A stretch of 63,493 nucleotides of DNA, the filler included, from Chlamydiia bacterium (GTDB lineage: Bacteria > Chlamydiota > Chlamydiia > Chlamydiales > FEN-1388), in assembly GCA_903848235.1 (NCBI GenBank). It is 5 parts of 5 records of this genome, joined end to end, with 100 filler letters (N's around TTAATTAATTAA, not from the genome) between each part and the next. Parts side by side here need not be neighbours in the genome. Positions count along the whole stretch, not along the records: positions 57,264 to 63,493 come from CAINFV010000170.1; 4 more parts are not named here. The stretch is one strand, 5' to 3'. Under the pieces are notes generated by a model. It saw nothing but the letters and a program-made list of their open reading frames with translations. It ran no database searches and had not been told where the DNA came from. The stretch's first letter is position 1, and every line of letters begins with the position of its first letter. Positions 60,952 through 63,493 of the stretch are shown in pieces. Made by a program: the position numbers and the translations under genes.

Positions 60952-63493
60952 CGGTAAAGACAATCGAAGTACGATGTGCCTTTTGCCATGCTGTGTTCAA
61001 ACGTGATGAGGGGCGAGAAGAGCGCCACCCTCTTCAATTTTGCGCCTACTGCGGCTCGCGTCTTCGTACTGAGGAGGCCCTCGCTTCTGTTGACCAAGGG
61101 TCCATCTTCCTAAAAGAACACGCTCCAAAACAAGAAGAGGTGATCGGCACCATTGGTCGCTATCTACTCATCAAAAGTATTGGCCGTGGTGGGATGGGAG
61201 AAGTCTTCTTAGCATTTGATACAGTATGCGGCCGCCGGGTGGCTTTAAAGCGTATTCGTCCTGACTTTGTGAATAGCCAGCAACTCAGAGAACGGTTTAT
61301 CAGAGAAGCACGTATCACCAGTCAGCTGATCCATCCCTCCATCATTCCTATCTACAGCATTCACATCGAGCATGATCTCGTCTATTACACGATGCCCTAT
61401 GTCGCTGGGCAGACGTTAAAGCAAATTCTCAGCTCCGCCTTCGAACAGGAGTCGGCAGAGACGCCAGATCACAAAACATCGATTCACACACTCATACGTC
61501 TCTTTCTCGATGTGTTGCAGGCAGTCGCCTATGCCCATTCAAAAGGTGTTCTCCATCGTGATTTAAAACCGGAGAATGTGATCGTTGGAACGTACGGTCA
61601 GGTGATCATCTTAGACTGGGGTCTTACGAAGCTGCTCGAAGAGGCAGAAGACGAAGTTGCCATTGAAGGAACTCCCCATGACGAATACCTGCGGCGTCTC
61701 ACACGTATGGGGAAGCCTGTGGGCACCGTTCCCTATATGGCACCAGAACGCGTCCAAGGAAGAAGAGCCTCTAAGCAGACGGATATCTACGCTCTTGGCG
61801 TTATTCTCTATCAAATCCTCACGCTGCGAATGCCTTTTGTGAGGAAGAGTATGAAATCCTTCGTCGAGACATGGCATCTTGAGGAATTTGTCTCTCCTGA
61901 AGTGCGGTCTCCATATCGCGATGTGCCGCAAGCGCTCTCTGTCATCGTAAAAAAATGTCTCGCGTCGCTCCCTGAAGATCGTTATGACAACTGTGACGAG
62001 CTTATCGAGCATATAGAAAGCTTCCTCGAAGGTCGTTCTGAGTGGTATCCTGCAAAATCTCTGAAGATACAGGACAAAAGCGACTGGGAGTTTCAAGAGA
62101 ACATCCTGCTAGCAGAGCACTCTGCCATCACCCGCTCTTCAGAGCTTGCCGATTGGTTCAGCCTGATGATTTCCAAAGAGAGTTTTTCTGAAAACATCCG
62201 CCTTGATGTAACAGTATGCCTTGGAGAACATAGCAATGGCATTGGCTTCATCCTCGGCGTCCCCGGTGCTGTCCAGCGCCATAATCTCACTGACGGCTAC
62301 TGGCTCTGGCTTGCCTCTAAAAAATCTGCCACACGCTCTACGATGCTCCTGCGCTCTTCAGCATGCATCCTAGAAGCCCCTGATGTTATCCTTACCCCAA
62401 ACACCCCATATCAAATCAGAATCGAAAAAGTAGAGCAGACCATCAGCTTGACGATCAATGATGTCCAGCAGTTCGTCTACGCAAGCCATATCCCCGTCGT
62501 CGGCACTCACGTTGGTGTCTTAGCCCAAGATGCAGACAGCGATGTAGAGTCTATGGTCGTCTCTATTGGCAGCCAAAATATTATGGTCAACTGCCTCTCT
62601 GTCCCTGATGCCTTCTTAGCAAGTCAGGAATTTGACCGTGCACTGTCTGAATACCGCAGAATAGGAGCATCGTTCAGCGGGCGTGCAGAAGGAAGAGACG
62701 CTCTATTTCGTGCCGGCATTACTATCCTCGAGCAAGGGAAAAGAGTCTTTGAGCCAAAAGAAAAAGAGGTTTTATTTGACCTCGCCCGCCATGAATTTCA
62801 AAAGCTCCGCCATACACCTGGCGCTCCTCTAGAATATCTAGGAAAAGCGCTAGTGTATCAGACGACAGGAGAGTTTGAAGAAGAGGTAAAATGCTTTGAG
62901 CTTTCCTTCCGACGATATAAGCACCACCCACTGTTACGCGTCCTCGTCGAACATGTCGTGCTGCGTATGCATGAGAGTTCGCGGCAAAATCGCATTGCCG
63001 CCTATCAGTTTATCTGCTTTGTCCTCAGATTCCTCCCTGATGTTGCTGCGAAGCCCTCATCGCAGAAGTTATTTGATAGTCTAAATCGCAACTGGGAAGT
63101 ACCTCCCTTTTTCTTGTCACACATCGATGATGGAGATGAGTCGCAGCGTCAGGCACGCTTTTGTTTGCTTCTTGCTTTCTGGCTGAAAAAATCCTACGTT
63201 GCCTCTGAAATCTTCGAGGAGCTGATCGCCACCCCTGTACTTCCCATATCTCATATTGTCGACTGCCTTCTGTTGTTTGTCACTCTTGACCAGTACGACC
63301 TTCTTCGCGATGGCATAAGTCGTTGGCGGCAGCTGCTCTGCGTTGATGAACAAGAAAAATACAGCCATCTATTCCACTGTCTTGCCCTACTCCTCCTCGA
63401 AGACTCTGAAGAACGTCTTTTTGCAGCCCGCACATGTCTGTTAGAAGCTCCGCAAGGCGACCTAGAAGCTCATACCCTGCTTTTGATGATGGA
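60948..63493 (+). CDS. pknD: Ser/Thr protein kinase PknD-like (runs off the window; absent from the ORF track)
   Basis: ATG at 60948; IGRGGMGEV, VALKRI, HRDLKPEN, DWG and GTVPYMAPE, then VPDAFLA..YRRIGASF..EGRDALFRAG. Confidence 0.9.
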   Translation, partial: MTVKTIEVRCAFCHAVFKRDEGREERHPLQFCAYCGSRLRTEEALASVDQGSIFLKEHAPKQEEVIGTIGRYLLIKSIGRGGMGEVFLAFDTVCGRRVALKRIRPDFVNSQQLRERFIREARITSQLIHPSIIPIYSIHIEHDLVYYTMPYVAGQTLKQILSSAFEQESAETPDHKTSIHTLIRLFLDVLQAVAYAHSKGVLHRDLKPENVIVGTYGQVIILDWGLTKLLEEAEDEVAIEGTPHDEYLRRLTRMGKPVGTVPYMAPERVQGRRASKQTDIYALGVILYQILTLRMPFVRKSMKSFVETWHLEEFVSPEVRSPYRDVPQALSVIVKKCLASLPEDRYDNCDELIEHIESFLEGRSEWYPAKSLKIQDKSDWEFQENILLAEHSAITRSSELADWFSLMISKESFSENIRLDVTVCLGEHSNGIGFILGVPGAVQRHNLTDGYWLWLASKKSATRSTMLLRSSACILEAPDVILTPNTPYQIRIEKVEQTISLTINDVQQFVYASHIPVVGTHVGVLAQDADSDVESMVVSIGSQNIMVNCLSVPDAFLASQEFDRALSEYRRIGASFSGRAEGRDALFRAGITILEQGKRVFEPKEKEVLFDLARHEFQKLRHTPGAPLEYLGKALVYQTTGEFEEEVKCFELSFRRYKHHPLLRVLVEHVVLRMHESSRQNRIAAYQFICFVLRFLPDVAAKPSSQKLFDSLNRNWEVPPFFLSHIDDGDESQRQARFCLLLAFWLKKSYVASEIFEELIATPVLPISHIVDCLLLFVTLDQYDLLRDGISRWRQLLCVDEQEKYSHLFHCLALLLLEDSEERLFAARTCLLEAPQGDLEAHTLLLMM

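Noticed and set aside
531..63433. Many short antisense or alternate-frame ORFs in the track, and extended starts (trmD 13627, tkt 41826, GNAT 27884, LRR 9234, FliO-like 5641)
   Set aside because: They are shadows of real genes or extensions lacking RBS or motif support

Overview
This window comes from an environmental Chlamydiota (Chlamydiae) draft genome. It is five contigs joined by artificial N-TTAATTAATTAA-N spacers at 15635-15734, 31824-31923, 36057-36156 and 57164-57263, so adjacency across those gaps is not biological. Chlamydial core loci include the CT260-CT263-like block (T3SS chaperone, dnaQ, mqnD, nucleosidase), ffh-rpsP-trmD, hemE-hemN-hemG, tkt, amn, CT016-like/phoH, tamAB, a long multi-ABC uvrA and pknD (missed by the ORF track). 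Accessory content includes candidate host-directed effectors (LRR protein, F-box protein, and a 2941-aa protein joining a cysteine-protease-like domain to an SF2 ATPase), a Stealth protein, a class II aaRS-like paralog and two families of ~160-bp inverted-repeat MITEs. The most striking locus lies next to the tmRNA 3' end. It is a tightly coupled operon of MerR-like HTH, Schlafen/AlbA_2-HATPase, sbcD and sbcC. A protein-less IscB-type (HEARO/omegaRNA) IS200/IS605 element sits exactly between the first gene's RBS and its ATG, so the operon promoter would transcribe an omegaRNA with a ~16-nt guide against the empty site. All calls are from motif reading by eye; no database searches were run.
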